Positions 11,010 through 20,280 of a stretch of DNA of 64,000 bases are shown here, in pieces (position 1 is the first letter of the stretch; each line of letters begins with the position of its first letter). The stretch is taken from NCBI GenBank assembly GCA_016869285.1, contig VGEN01000003.1, forward strand, positions 150-64,149. The letters run 5' to 3'. The notes beneath the pieces were generated by a model that saw only the letters and a program-made list of their open reading frames with translations, did no database searches and was not told where the DNA came from. Made by a program: the position numbers and the translations under genes. This stretch comes from Alphaproteobacteria bacterium (lineage in GTDB: Bacteria > Pseudomonadota > Alphaproteobacteria > SHVZ01).

Positions 11010-11128
11010 GAGTCTCGCCCCCACCCTAACCCTCCCCCCACGCTCCGCGGGGAGAGGGAGCAAGAAGAACGACGCCTCTCTGGAAAACCCTCCCCCATGA
11101 TGGGGGAGGGGGGCGGGCCGCGAGACTC
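11010..11128. repeat. REP-like palindromic element (two CCCTCCCC..GGG(G)AG(A)GG hairpins)
   Basis: CCCCCACCCTAACCCTCCCCC..GGGGAGAGGG and CCCTCCCCCATGATGGGGGAGGG, bounded by the 9-bp inverted repeat GAGTCTCGC/GCGAGACTC; lies between convergent genes. Confidence 0.75.
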
Positions 11129-11139
11129 GATCTCGCCGC

Positions 11140-11604
11140 TTACTTCACCTCGACGATCGCCTCGATCTCGACCGGGATGCCTGAGGGGAGGCTGCCCATG
11201 CCGACGGCGGAGCGGGCGTGGCGGCCCTTCTCGCCGAAGACCTCGACGAACAGGTCGGAGCAGCCGTTGATCACCTTCGGCTGCTCGCCGAATTCGGGCG
11301 TGCCGTTGACCATGCCGAGCACCTTGACGACGCGCTCGACACGGTCGAGATCGCCGAGGAACTCCTTCAGTACTGCGATCAGCACGAGGCCGACCGAACG
11401 CGCATGCTTGTAGGCATCCTTGACCGAGATGTCCTTCGGCACCTTGCCCGAAGGCCGCGGCTTTCCCGGCTCGGCGAGCGGGCCCTTGCCGGCGAGATAG
11501 ACGGTGTTCCCGGTCTGCACGGCATGCACGTAGTTGCCGGCGGCAGCCGGCACCGGCGGCAGCGTGATGCCAAGCTCCTTCAGGCGCGCTTCAACTTTGG
11601 CCAT
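11140..11604 (-). CDS. RidA/YjgF/YER057c family protein
   Basis: NYVHAVQTGNTVYLAG, VINGCSDLFVEVFGEKGRHARSAVG and VEIEAIVEV. Confidence 0.93.
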   Translation of the reverse strand: MAKVEARLKELGITLPPVPAAAGNYVHAVQTGNTVYLAGKGPLAEPGKPRPSGKVPKDISVKDAYKHARSVGLVLIAVLKEFLGDLDRVERVVKVLGMVNGTPEFGEQPKVINGCSDLFVEVFGEKGRHARSAVGMGSLPSGIPVEIEAIVEVK

Positions 11605-11606
11605 GG

Positions 11607-12068
11607 CTACTTCACCTCGACGATGGCTTCGATCTCGACCGTGATGTTCATCGGTAGGCTGCCCATGCCGACGGCGGAGCGCGCATGGCGTCCCTTGTCG
11701 CCGAAGACCTCGACAAAGAGGTCGGAGCAGCCGTTGATCACCTTCGGCTGGTCGCCGAACTCCGGTACGGCATTGACCATGCCCAGAACCTTGACCACGC
11801 GGTTGACGCGATCGAGGTCGCCGAGATGGTTCTTTAGCACGGCGATCAGCGTGAGGCCGACCGTGCGCGCGTCCTGATACGCTTTCTCGATGGTGACGGT
11901 GCCGCCGACCTTGCCCGAGGGCATCGGCCCGCCCTTCGGATCGAAGGGTCCTTTGCCGGCGAGATAGACCAGGTTGCCGGTCTGCACCGCATGCACATAG
12001 GTGCCCATAGGAGGGCCGGGGTCCGGCAGCGTGATGCCGAGCTCTTTCAGGCGCGCTTCGATCTTCAT
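11607..12068 (-). CDS. RidA/YjgF/YER057c family protein (tandem paralogue)
   Basis: Same motifs as the neighbour; probable start MKIEARL at 12068. Confidence 0.93.
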   Translation of the reverse strand: MKIEARLKELGITLPDPGPPMGTYVHAVQTGNLVYLAGKGPFDPKGGPMPSGKVGGTVTIEKAYQDARTVGLTLIAVLKNHLGDLDRVNRVVKVLGMVNAVPEFGDQPKVINGCSDLFVEVFGDKGRHARSAVGMGSLPMNITVEIEAIVEVK

Positions 12069-12156
12069 GGCGAACTCGCGAGGTGAGGGATTGAATTGCG
12101 GCGACACGCTACGCCGTTTCCCTTAGGAAATGAAGCCGCCAGCCAGGAGAGAAACC

Positions 12157-12939
12157 ATGCGCATCGTCGACCTCGAAGGAAAGTCAGCGCTCGTCACCGG
12201 GTCGTCTACGGGCATCGGCGCTGCCGTCGCCATCGCCTTCGCCGAAGCCGGCATGAAGGTCGCAGTGCACTACAATGCGAGCAAGGCCGAGGCGGAGAAG
12301 GTCGCGACCTCGGTCGAGAAGGCGAGCGGCAAGGCTGCGATCTTTGCCGGCGACTTGCGCAAGACGGATGTCTGCGCCGGCCTGGTCGAGAAGACGATCA
12401 AAGCCTTCGGTTCGCTCGACGTGCTGGTGAACAATGCCGGTTCGGTGGTGACGCGGAAGCCGATCGCCGAAGCGGGCGACGATCTCTACGACGAGATCAT
12501 GGACCTGAACGCGCGATCGGTCTTCGCCTGCAGCCGGGCGGCGGTGCGCGCCTTCCTCGCCCGTGGCTCGGGCGGCAAGGCTGCCGGCAACATCATCTCG
12601 ACGACATCGGTCGCGGCCCGCAATGGCGGCGGCGTCGGCTCGATTCTCTATGCGGGCGCCAAAGGTTTCGTCTCCAGCTTCACCCGCGGGCTCGCCAAGG
12701 AGCTGGCGCCGACCGGAATTCGCGTGAACGCGGTTGCGCCCGGGATCATCCGCACACCGCTCCACGATCGCCTGACCAAGCCCGAAGCCTACCTGGCGAT
12801 GGTGCAGGCGACGCCGATGCGTCGCGACGGCACTGCCGGGGAGTGCGCCGGAACCTACGTCTATCTCGCTTCGGATGTGCTCTCGAGCTTCGTCACCGGC
12901 CAGGTGATCGAGGTCAATGGCGGGTTGCTGATGCCGTGA
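12157..12939 (+). CDS. SDR oxidoreductase (resembles uronate/DEH reductase A1-R clade)
   Basis: TGSSTGIG, NNAG and YAGAK (YxxxK); AGGAGA RBS before the ATG at 12157. Confidence 0.88.
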   Translation: MRIVDLEGKSALVTGSSTGIGAAVAIAFAEAGMKVAVHYNASKAEAEKVATSVEKASGKAAIFAGDLRKTDVCAGLVEKTIKAFGSLDVLVNNAGSVVTRKPIAEAGDDLYDEIMDLNARSVFACSRAAVRAFLARGSGGKAAGNIISTTSVAARNGGGVGSILYAGAKGFVSSFTRGLAKELAPTGIRVNAVAPGIIRTPLHDRLTKPEAYLAMVQATPMRRDGTAGECAGTYVYLASDVLSSFVTGQVIEVNGGLLMP

Positions 12940-13252
12940 CCGCCCGGCGAATTCGTATCCGCCACATTTCTTAACGTGAAATGCCGTTCTCTTAGGAGCG
13001 AGAAGAACTTGTGCCGTCAGTGTTAAGGGGTTGTTGACGTGGCGACAGGCGTTCTGGGAGACTGCGCTCGGTGCCGGCTTCGGGGGCTCTCTCGCGGTTG
13101 GCAAGCCCAAAGAAGGTCGAGGGGGAGGCACGCGTAGTTTCGTCCCCGCCAGAGCGGGGATACGCACGCGTCGCTGCTTCAGGGAGTCGCCGCTGGCGCC
13201 GGTTGCGCCGATGTGAGTTGTATCTTTTCGGGCCGCTCGCGCGGGGGTGCTG

Positions 13253-14194
13253 ATGTATGCCTATTTGATCCGGCGAATCCTGGCGACCATCCCGGTCATG
13301 GCGGTGGTGGCGGTCTTCGTCTTCTCGCTCCTGTTCCTGAGCCCGGGCGACCCCGCCGCGATCATCGCCGGCGATCTCGCCACCGCCGACGACATTGCCC
13401 GCATCCGCGAGCGCCTCGGCCTCAACGAGCCCTTTCTGGTCCAGTTCGGCAAGTGGACCTTCAATCTGATGCAGGGCGACCTCGGCGTCTCGATCTTCTC
13501 GAACCTGCCGGTCTCAAAGCTGATGCTGCAGCGGCTCGAGCCGACCCTGATGCTGACCACGACGACGCTGATCATCGCCATCTGTGCCGCGGTGCCGATG
13601 GGCGTGATCGCCGCCTGGAAGGCCGGCACGATCATCGACCGCGGCGTCATGCTGTTCGCCGTCCTCGGCTTCTCATTTCCATCCTTCGTGCTCGGCTATC
13701 TCTTGATCTACGGCTTCGCGATCAAGCTCGAGGTGCTGCCGGTGCAGGGATATACCTCGATCAGCAAGGGCTTCGGGCCGTTCCTCAACAACATCATCCT
13801 GCCTTCGATGACACTCGGCATGGTCCAGGCGGCGCTGATCGCGCGCATGACCCGCACCTCGGTGCTGGAAGTACTGGCCGAGGACTACATCCGCACCGCC
13901 CACTCTAAGGGCCTCGCGACCAGCAAGGTGTTGATCGGGCATGCGCTGAAGAATGCCGCGGTGCCGATCGTCACCATCATCGGCATCAGCTTCGCGCTCC
14001 TGATCGGCGGCGCCATCATCACCGAGAGCGTGTTCGCGATCCCCGGGCTCGGGCGCCTGACCGTCGATGCGATCCTCAGGCGCGACTACCCGATCATCCA
14101 AGGCGTTATCCTGGTCTTCAGCGGCGCCTACGTGCTGGTGAACCTCGCCGTGGACATCATCTACACCTTCCTCGATCCGAGAATCCGGTACTGA
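13253..14194 (+). CDS. Peptide/nickel ABC transporter permease (DppB-like)
   Basis: PGDPAA..AG, GDLGVS, EDYIRTAHSKGL, ITESVFAIPGLGRL and LDPRIRY. Confidence 0.93.
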   Translation: MYAYLIRRILATIPVMAVVAVFVFSLLFLSPGDPAAIIAGDLATADDIARIRERLGLNEPFLVQFGKWTFNLMQGDLGVSIFSNLPVSKLMLQRLEPTLMLTTTTLIIAICAAVPMGVIAAWKAGTIIDRGVMLFAVLGFSFPSFVLGYLLIYGFAIKLEVLPVQGYTSISKGFGPFLNNIILPSMTLGMVQAALIARMTRTSVLEVLAEDYIRTAHSKGLATSKVLIGHALKNAAVPIVTIIGISFALLIGGAIITESVFAIPGLGRLTVDAILRRDYPIIQGVILVFSGAYVLVNLAVDIIYTFLDPRIRY

Positions 14195-14222
14195 CGGCTG
14201 CCGAAGGCAAGGAGTCCCTCCA

Positions 14223-15110
14223 ATGACCGCCACCACCCCCGCCATCATCGACATCATCGAGCCGCCGAAGCCGCTCAGCCGGATCGTCTACGAGTTTGCC
14301 CGGCGCAATCCGACGGTCATCTTCGGCTCGTCCCTGCTGCTGGGGATGGTGATCATCGCCATCTTCGCGCCGCTGTTCGCCCCCGGCGACCCGCTGGCGC
14401 TGGCGCCGGCTCGGCGCCTCAGGCCGCCGCAGGAGGCCTATTGGTTCGGCACCGACATGTTCGGACGCGACGTGTATACGCGCACGATCTACGGCGCGCG
14501 GATCTCTCTGATCGTCGGCATCTCGGTTTCGGCGCTCTCGACGATCGTCGGCCTCTTCATCGGGCTTCTGTCCGGCTATGTGCGCATCATCGATGCGATC
14601 ATCATGCGGATCATGGACGGGCTGATGGCGATCCCGGGCATCTTGCTCGCGATCGCTATGATGGCGCTGACGAAGGCGTCGGTCGAGAACGTGATCATCG
14701 CGATCACCATCCCCGAGATCCCGCGCGTTGTGCGCCTGGTCCGTGGCGTCGTGCTGCAGATCCGCGAGCAGCCCTACATCGAGGCGGCGCAGTCGATCGG
14801 CACGCGTTTCCATCGGGTGCTGCTCAAGCACATCCTGCCGAACGTGATGGCGCCGATCATCGTGCAGGCGACATATATCTGCGCCGCAGCCGTTCTAATC
14901 GAGGCGGGGCTTTCCTTCCTCGGCGCCGGCACGCCGCCGAACATCCCGAGCTGGGGCAACATCATGGCGGAGGGGCGCACCTTCTTCCAGATCGCCTTCT
15001 GGATCATCCTGTTCCCGGGGCTGTTCCTGTCGGTGACCGTGCTTGCGATCAATCTCCTGGGCGACGGGCTGCGCGACGCCCTCGACCCGCGTCTCGCCCG
15101 CCGCATGTGA
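14223..15110 (+). CDS. Peptide/nickel ABC transporter permease (DppC-like)
   Basis: [31 protein letters not shown] and [14 protein letters not shown]. Confidence 0.93.
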   Translation: MTATTPAIIDIIEPPKPLSRIVYEFARRNPTVIFGSSLLLGMVIIAIFAPLFAPGDPLALAPARRLRPPQEAYWFGTDMFGRDVYTRTIYGARISLIVGISVSALSTIVGLFIGLLSGYVRIIDAIIMRIMDGLMAIPGILLAIAMMALTKASVENVIIAITIPEIPRVVRLVRGVVLQIREQPYIEAAQSIGTRFHRVLLKHILPNVMAPIIVQATYICAAAVLIEAGLSFLGAGTPPNIPSWGNIMAEGRTFFQIAFWIILFPGLFLSVTVLAINLLGDGLRDALDPRLARRM

Positions 15111-15126
15111 CCCGACGAGGAACCTA

Positions 15127-16176
15127 GTGACGCAAGCTCAGACGATGGAACGGCCCGGCCAAACGGTAGGCGGGGTCGAGAAGGTCCTGGAGATTGAGGA
15201 CCTGAAGACGCACTTCTTCACCCGCGACGGCGTCGTGCGTGCCGTCGACGGCGTCAGCTACCATGTGCTCAAGGGTGAGACGCTTGGCGTTGTCGGCGAG
15301 TCCGGCTGCGGCAAGTCGGTGACCGCGCTCTCGGTCCTTCGCCTGATCGCCAAGCCCGGACGTATCGTCCAGGGCAAGATCAAGATCTCGGGCCGCAATC
15401 TTCTCGAGCTCTCAGAGGAGGAGATGCGTTCGATCCGCGGCAACGACATCTCGATGATCTTCCAGGAGCCGATGACCTCGCTCAACCCGGTGCTGACGCT
15501 TGGACGGCAGATCGCCGAGACGATCATGCTGCACCAGGGCCTCAGCAAGAAGGACGCCTGGGACAAGTCTGTCGAGATGCTGAAGCTCGTCCGCATCCCC
15601 GAGGCTGAACGGCGGGTGCACGAGTATCCGTTCCAGATGTCCGGCGGCATGCGCCAGCGCGTCATGATCGCGATGGCGCTCTCCTGCAACCCCAAGGTCC
15701 TGCTCGCCGACGAGCCGACCACGGCGCTCGACGTCACCATCCAGGCGCAGATCCTGCACCTGATGCTCGAGCTCAAGGAGAAGCTAGGAACCGCGATCGT
15801 GCTGATCACCCACGATCTCGGCGTCGTCGCCGAGACGTGCCAGCGCATCGTCGTCATGTATGCGGGCAAGAAGGTCGAGGAGGCGACGGCGGACGAGCTG
15901 TTTGAGCGACCGCTGCACCCCTATACGGTCGGCCTTATGAAGTCGATCCCGCGGCTCGACCGCGCGGCCACGACCGAGCATCCAGGCCGGCTCATGGAGA
16001 TCCCGGGCATGGTGCCGTCGCTCAAGAACATGCCGCCGGGCTGTGCCTTCGCGCCGCGATGTTCCTTCGCGACTGAGCGCTGCCGGCGCGAGGTTCCGGC
16101 CTTCGAGATGAAGGCCAGCGGCCACTACTCCGCCTGCTTCAATTCCGACAAGGTGGCGGAGATCTATCATGGCTGA
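15127..16176 (+). CDS. Peptide ABC transporter ATPase (DppD-like)
   Basis: [35 protein letters not shown] and C-terminal GCAFAPRC. Start is GTG 15127 or ATG 15145. Confidence 0.93.
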   Translation: MTQAQTMERPGQTVGGVEKVLEIEDLKTHFFTRDGVVRAVDGVSYHVLKGETLGVVGESGCGKSVTALSVLRLIAKPGRIVQGKIKISGRNLLELSEEEMRSIRGNDISMIFQEPMTSLNPVLTLGRQIAETIMLHQGLSKKDAWDKSVEMLKLVRIPEAERRVHEYPFQMSGGMRQRVMIAMALSCNPKVLLADEPTTALDVTIQAQILHLMLELKEKLGTAIVLITHDLGVVAETCQRIVVMYAGKKVEEATADELFERPLHPYTVGLMKSIPRLDRAATTEHPGRLMEIPGMVPSLKNMPPGCAFAPRCSFATERCRREVPAFEMKASGHYSACFNSDKVAEIYHG

Positions 16177-17221
16177 GGCCTCCGGCGCCCAGGGCAGGAC
16201 CCCGCTTCTGGAGGTCAAGAACCTCAAGAAGCACTTCCCGATCCGCAAGGGCATCCTGTCGCGTGTCTCCGGTCATGTGTACGCGGTCGACGGCGTCAGC
16301 TTCCAAATCGGCCATGGCGAGACGCTGGGCCTGGTCGGCGAGTCCGGCTGCGGCAAGTCGACTGTCGGCAAGGCGGTGCTCAAGCTGATCGATCCAACCG
16401 CCGGCGAGGTCTATCTCAAGGGCAAGAAGATCTCCGATCTCGGCCAGCTTGAGATACGGCCCTATCGCCGTGACATGCAGGTGATCTTCCAGGATCCGTA
16501 CTCGTCGCTGAACCCACGCATGAGTGCCGGCGAGATCGTCGGTGAGCCGATGTACAATTACGGCCTCGCCTTCGGGAAAGAGAAAGAGGAGAAGACCCGC
16601 CAGCTCTTCGCCCGCGTCGGTCTCCGCGCCGAGCACATGCTGAAATATCCGCATGAGTTCTCGGGCGGCCAGCGCCAGCGTCTGGGCATTGCGCGCGCGC
16701 TTGCGGTCAATCCGAGCCTGATCATCGGCGACGAGCCGGTCTCGGCGCTCGACGTCTCGGTGCAGGCGCAGGTGATCAACCTGATGATGGACCTGCAGCA
16801 GGAGTTCAAGCTCTCCTACCTGTTCGTCGCGCACGACCTCGCGGTGGTCGAGCACATCAGCCACCGCGTCGCGGTGATGTATCTCGGCAAGATCGTCGAG
16901 ATGACCGATAAGCGCACGCTCTTCACCTCGCCGCAGCACCCCTACACGGAAGCGCTGCTCTCGGCCGTGCCGATCCCCTCGCCGAAGATGAAGCGCAAGC
17001 GCATCATCCTGACCGGCGACGTGCCGAGCCCGATCCGGCCGCCGCCCGGGTGCCGCTTCCACACCCGCTGCCCCTACGTCATGGACCACTGCAAGGTGGC
17101 CGAGCCGCCGATGCAGGAGGTCGAGCCCGGCCATCTTGTCGCCTGTCACCTGCGCCAGCCCGGCCAGGCCCTGGCGGCGGCCGCGGCCAGCAATCCCGCG
17201 CTCACCGCGCCGGCGCACTAA
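16169..17221 (+). CDS. Peptide ABC transporter ATPase (DppF-like)
   Basis: [38 protein letters not shown] and GCRFHTRCP. Confidence 0.93.
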   Translation: MAEASGAQGRTPLLEVKNLKKHFPIRKGILSRVSGHVYAVDGVSFQIGHGETLGLVGESGCGKSTVGKAVLKLIDPTAGEVYLKGKKISDLGQLEIRPYRRDMQVIFQDPYSSLNPRMSAGEIVGEPMYNYGLAFGKEKEEKTRQLFARVGLRAEHMLKYPHEFSGGQRQRLGIARALAVNPSLIIGDEPVSALDVSVQAQVINLMMDLQQEFKLSYLFVAHDLAVVEHISHRVAVMYLGKIVEMTDKRTLFTSPQHPYTEALLSAVPIPSPKMKRKRIILTGDVPSPIRPPPGCRFHTRCPYVMDHCKVAEPPMQEVEPGHLVACHLRQPGQALAAAAASNPALTAPAH

Positions 17222-17244
17222 GCGTCGCGCGCTCGGACGAGGAG

Positions 17245-17271
17245 AACCCCGGGCGAGCGGCCGGGGTTTTT
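17245..17271 (+). terminator. Rho-independent terminator
   Basis: AACCCCGG-8nt-CCGGGGTT stem followed by a T-run, just after the DppF-like gene and between convergent genes. Confidence 0.7.
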
Positions 17272-17284
17272 CGTTGAAGCCGGC

Positions 17285-18457
17285 CTAAGTCAGCAGGCCG
17301 CGCCGGGCGAGGTTCCGCATCAGGGCGGTGGCGCCGAAGGTCCAGGGCGGCGCCCGGTCGGTGCGAGTCACCCGGTTGATCAGCGCGCCCAGCCGCTCGG
17401 CCCGGATGGTGACGAGGTCGCCGATCTCATGGGTGAATCCCAAGCCCGGCTTCGAGCGGTCCTTGATCGGCGCGAACATGGTGCCGGAGTAGAGGCAGAC
17501 GCCGTCCGGGTACTGGTGATTGCGGCTGATCGTCTGCGCCACCAGGTCGGTCAGGTCGCGGCTGATCTCGGCGACGGAGGACGCTCCTTCGAGCACGAAC
17601 TGGTCAAGGCCGTCGACGCGAAGCTCGACCACCGTGTTGCGGAGGTCGTCGAGCGTATAATTCTCGTCGAAGAGCCGGATGAACGGGCCGATGGCGCTGG
17701 AGGCGTTCTGGTCCTTGGCCTTGCCGAGCAGCAGACCGGAGCGCCCTTCGACGTCGCGCAGATTGACGTCGTTGCCGAGGCTGCCGCCGACGATCCTGCC
17801 CTTGGCGCTGACGATCATGACGATCTCGGGCTCGGGATTGTTCCAGGTCGAGATCGGGTGGATGCCGATCTCGGCGCCGGTGCCGACCGAGGCCATCGGT
17901 GGGCATTTGGTGAAGACCTCCGCGTCCGGACCGATGCCGACCTCGAGATACATCGACCAGCGGCCACGCTGGACCAGCAGCTCCTTGAGCCGCATCGCCT
18001 CGGGCGAGCCCGGCTTCAGCGCCTTCAGGCTGGTGCCGATCTCCTTCTGAATCTCGGCGCGGATCGCGTCGCCCTTGGACGGATCGCCCTTGGCCTGTTC
18101 CTCGACCAGGCGTTCCAGCATCGAGGTCACGAAGGTGACGCCGCAGGCCTTGACCGCCTGCAGGTCGACCGGCGCCAGCAGATGCGGCTTCTTCGGATCG
18201 ATCGATCCGGTCTCGCTGTTGGCGAGAAGCTCCTCGATGCTGCAGAGGCGATCGCCCGTGGCGGTGCGGACCCTGGCCAGCGGCTCCTCCGCGTTGCAGA
18301 GATCGGCCATGGTCGGCGCCGCGCGCGTGATGTCGAAGACGCCCTCCGGCGTCACCTTGATCACGGAGGGGCCGTCGACGGCCGGAACCCAAGCGCGGCC
18401 GACGAGCGTCGCGCGAGTCCAGTCGACGGGGAGCGTGTTGGCGATGTCGAGGGTCAT
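17285..18457 (-). CDS. Fumarylacetoacetate hydrolase family protein (2-keto-3-deoxy-pentonate dehydratase XylX/KdxD-like)
   Basis: VKACGVTF, YLEVGIGPDAEVFTK, WNNPEPE, GNDVNLRDVEGRS.LLL.KAKD and GTMFAP. Confidence 0.88.
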   Translation of the reverse strand: MTLDIANTLPVDWTRATLVGRAWVPAVDGPSVIKVTPEGVFDITRAAPTMADLCNAEEPLARVRTATGDRLCSIEELLANSETGSIDPKKPHLLAPVDLQAVKACGVTFVTSMLERLVEEQAKGDPSKGDAIRAEIQKEIGTSLKALKPGSPEAMRLKELLVQRGRWSMYLEVGIGPDAEVFTKCPPMASVGTGAEIGIHPISTWNNPEPEIVMIVSAKGRIVGGSLGNDVNLRDVEGRSGLLLGKAKDQNASSAIGPFIRLFDENYTLDDLRNTVVELRVDGLDQFVLEGASSVAEISRDLTDLVAQTISRNHQYPDGVCLYSGTMFAPIKDRSKPGLGFTHEIGDLVTIRAERLGALINRVTRTDRAPPWTFGATALMRNLARRGLLT

Positions 18458-18459
18458 GG

Positions 18460-19134
18460 TCAGAACTTGCCATATTTGAGATAGGCCTTCTCGGGGTCCA
18501 TGCCGGCCAGGATCGACTTCCGCATGTCGCTCTCGGTTGAGACGACGCGCTCGGTCTCGGCGACGGCCTCCGCCGCCGCCTCCTTGGGCAAGACGATCAC
18601 GCCGTCGCGGTCGCCGAGAAGATGGTCGCCGCTGCGGATCGTAACTGCGCCGATGGTGACGGGCTCACCGAACAGGTGCTCGTCCGGAATCCAGCGCTCG
18701 ACGATGTCGGCCGGCGTCGCATGCGTGCAGAAGACCGGAAATCCCATCTCCAAGATGAAGTCGGTATCTCGGCAGGCGCCATCGACGACGTAGCCACGCG
18801 TCTTCTTGACCATCAGCGCGCGCGCGGAAAGCTCGCCCATGAGCGCGATCGCATGCGTGTTGGGCTGGCAGACGATCACCTTGCCGGCAGGTACTTTCGA
18901 CAGCACCCGCGCCCAGCGCAGCAGGGTCTCGTGCCGGGAGATCGTCTGGTCGACGCGTCCCGAGATCGTGTAGATCTCGCCGGCCACCTTCCGGCGCGGA
19001 TCGAGCGCACGGATCGTCGACGGCAGAACGCAGTTGCTGAGGCCCATGGCGCGCAGCACGTCGTGCACGGCCGAGGCGTAGCAACTGAGAAGCCGGTCGG
19101 CGAGGTCGGCCGTCGATTTCTTGCGTGCGGCCAT
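18460..19134 (-). CDS. RraA-like / HMG-CHA aldolase family protein
   Basis: ALMGELSA, GYVVDGACRD and GDHLLGDRDGVIVLP. Confidence 0.88.
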   Translation of the reverse strand: MAARKKSTADLADRLLSCYASAVHDVLRAMGLSNCVLPSTIRALDPRRKVAGEIYTISGRVDQTISRHETLLRWARVLSKVPAGKVIVCQPNTHAIALMGELSARALMVKKTRGYVVDGACRDTDFILEMGFPVFCTHATPADIVERWIPDEHLFGEPVTIGAVTIRSGDHLLGDRDGVIVLPKEAAAEAVAETERVVSTESDMRKSILAGMDPEKAYLKYGKF

Positions 19135-19181
19135 GTCCGCGCTATCCTCCCCCTCGACCGGCGGGCATTAGAAGGACGCGC

Positions 19182-20102
19182 ATGACGGCCGTCAAGCACA
19201 GCGCGGAGGCGCGCGGACCGGCTCGCCTGATCGGCGTCGACTGGGGCACCTCAAGCTTCCGCGCCTATCTGATGGATGCGGGCGGCAAGGTGCTCGATCG
19301 CCGGGAGAGCGCCGATGGCATCCTCGCCGTCCAGGACTTCGACGGCACCTTGGAGCGCCACTGCGGCGCGTGGGCAGATGCCCATCGCGATGCGTCGATC
19401 CTTCTTGCGGGCATGATCGGCAGCCGCCAGGGCTGGATCGAGGCACCCTACTGCCCCTGCCCGGCGGGTGCCGAAGAGATCGCGGCACGGCTGACCCGTC
19501 ACGTCACCGCCCGCGGCCGGACGGTCGCTTTCGTTCCCGGGCTTTCCTGGTCCTCGCCGAGCGGCGCTGACGACGTCATGCGGGGCGAGGAGACACAGAT
19601 CCTCGGCGTCGCCGGCAAGGGCCGCCAGGTCATGGTCCTGCCTGGCAGCCACAGCAAATGGGTGGAGGTGTTCGACGGGCGGATTCTTCGCTTTGCGACC
19701 TTTCTCACTGGCGAGTTCTTTGCCGCCATGTCGAAGCACACGATCCTCGGTCGGCTGATGGCGGGGGAGGCGCACGATCCGAAGGCCTTCGCTGCCGGCA
19801 TCGCCGCGTCGGCGGAACCCGGCGGCTTGCTGCATCATCTGTTCCGGGTCCGCACGGGCGGCCTCTTCGGCAGATGGCCCGCCGACTCCCTGTCGTCTCT
19901 ACTTTCCGGGATCGCGATCGGCCACGAGATCCGCGGTGCGCGCGACTTCTTCGGTGCCGATCGCGTGCTGGTCGTCGGCGGCGCGGCGCTTGCGGCGCGC
20001 TATGCGGAGGCGCTCGGGTCACTCGGTCTCGCGGCCGAGATCGGCGCACCGGATGCCGCCGCACGCGGACTCACGCGCCTCGCGGCACGATCGGTGCCGT
20101 AG
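19182..20102 (+). CDS. dgoK: 2-dehydro-3-deoxygalactonokinase
   Basis: IGVDWGTSSFRAY, GMIGSRQGWIEAPY, DVMRGEETQILG, LPGSHSKW and TGEFFA. Confidence 0.92.
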   Translation: MTAVKHSAEARGPARLIGVDWGTSSFRAYLMDAGGKVLDRRESADGILAVQDFDGTLERHCGAWADAHRDASILLAGMIGSRQGWIEAPYCPCPAGAEEIAARLTRHVTARGRTVAFVPGLSWSSPSGADDVMRGEETQILGVAGKGRQVMVLPGSHSKWVEVFDGRILRFATFLTGEFFAAMSKHTILGRLMAGEAHDPKAFAAGIAASAEPGGLLHHLFRVRTGGLFGRWPADSLSSLLSGIAIGHEIRGARDFFGADRVLVVGGAALAARYAEALGSLGLAAEIGAPDAAARGLTRLAARSVP

Positions 20103-20280
20103 CTCTCGGCCATCGGCTCGGCAGAACGCGCGCGGCCCCGGGGGCGGGACATTCGCCGCCGCCGGCCTGGCCAGCCAGGGGCCATGCGTTCCGGGGTGGT
20201 CGGTCAACCCCTTGCCGGCTCTTGGCGCCGGCCGCATCTTGCGGATCGCAATTTGCGCGTTCCGCGACCGAGGATCCGTC

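Noticed and set aside
13023-13038. CtrA-like TTAA-N7-TTGAC site
   Set aside because: It has one mismatch, coincides with a plausible -35 hexamer, and precedes a transporter with no cell-cycle link.
20103-20280. GC-rich intergenic region with small hairpins as a possible ncRNA
   Set aside because: There is no recognisable RNA family motif, and such hairpins are expected by chance at this GC content.
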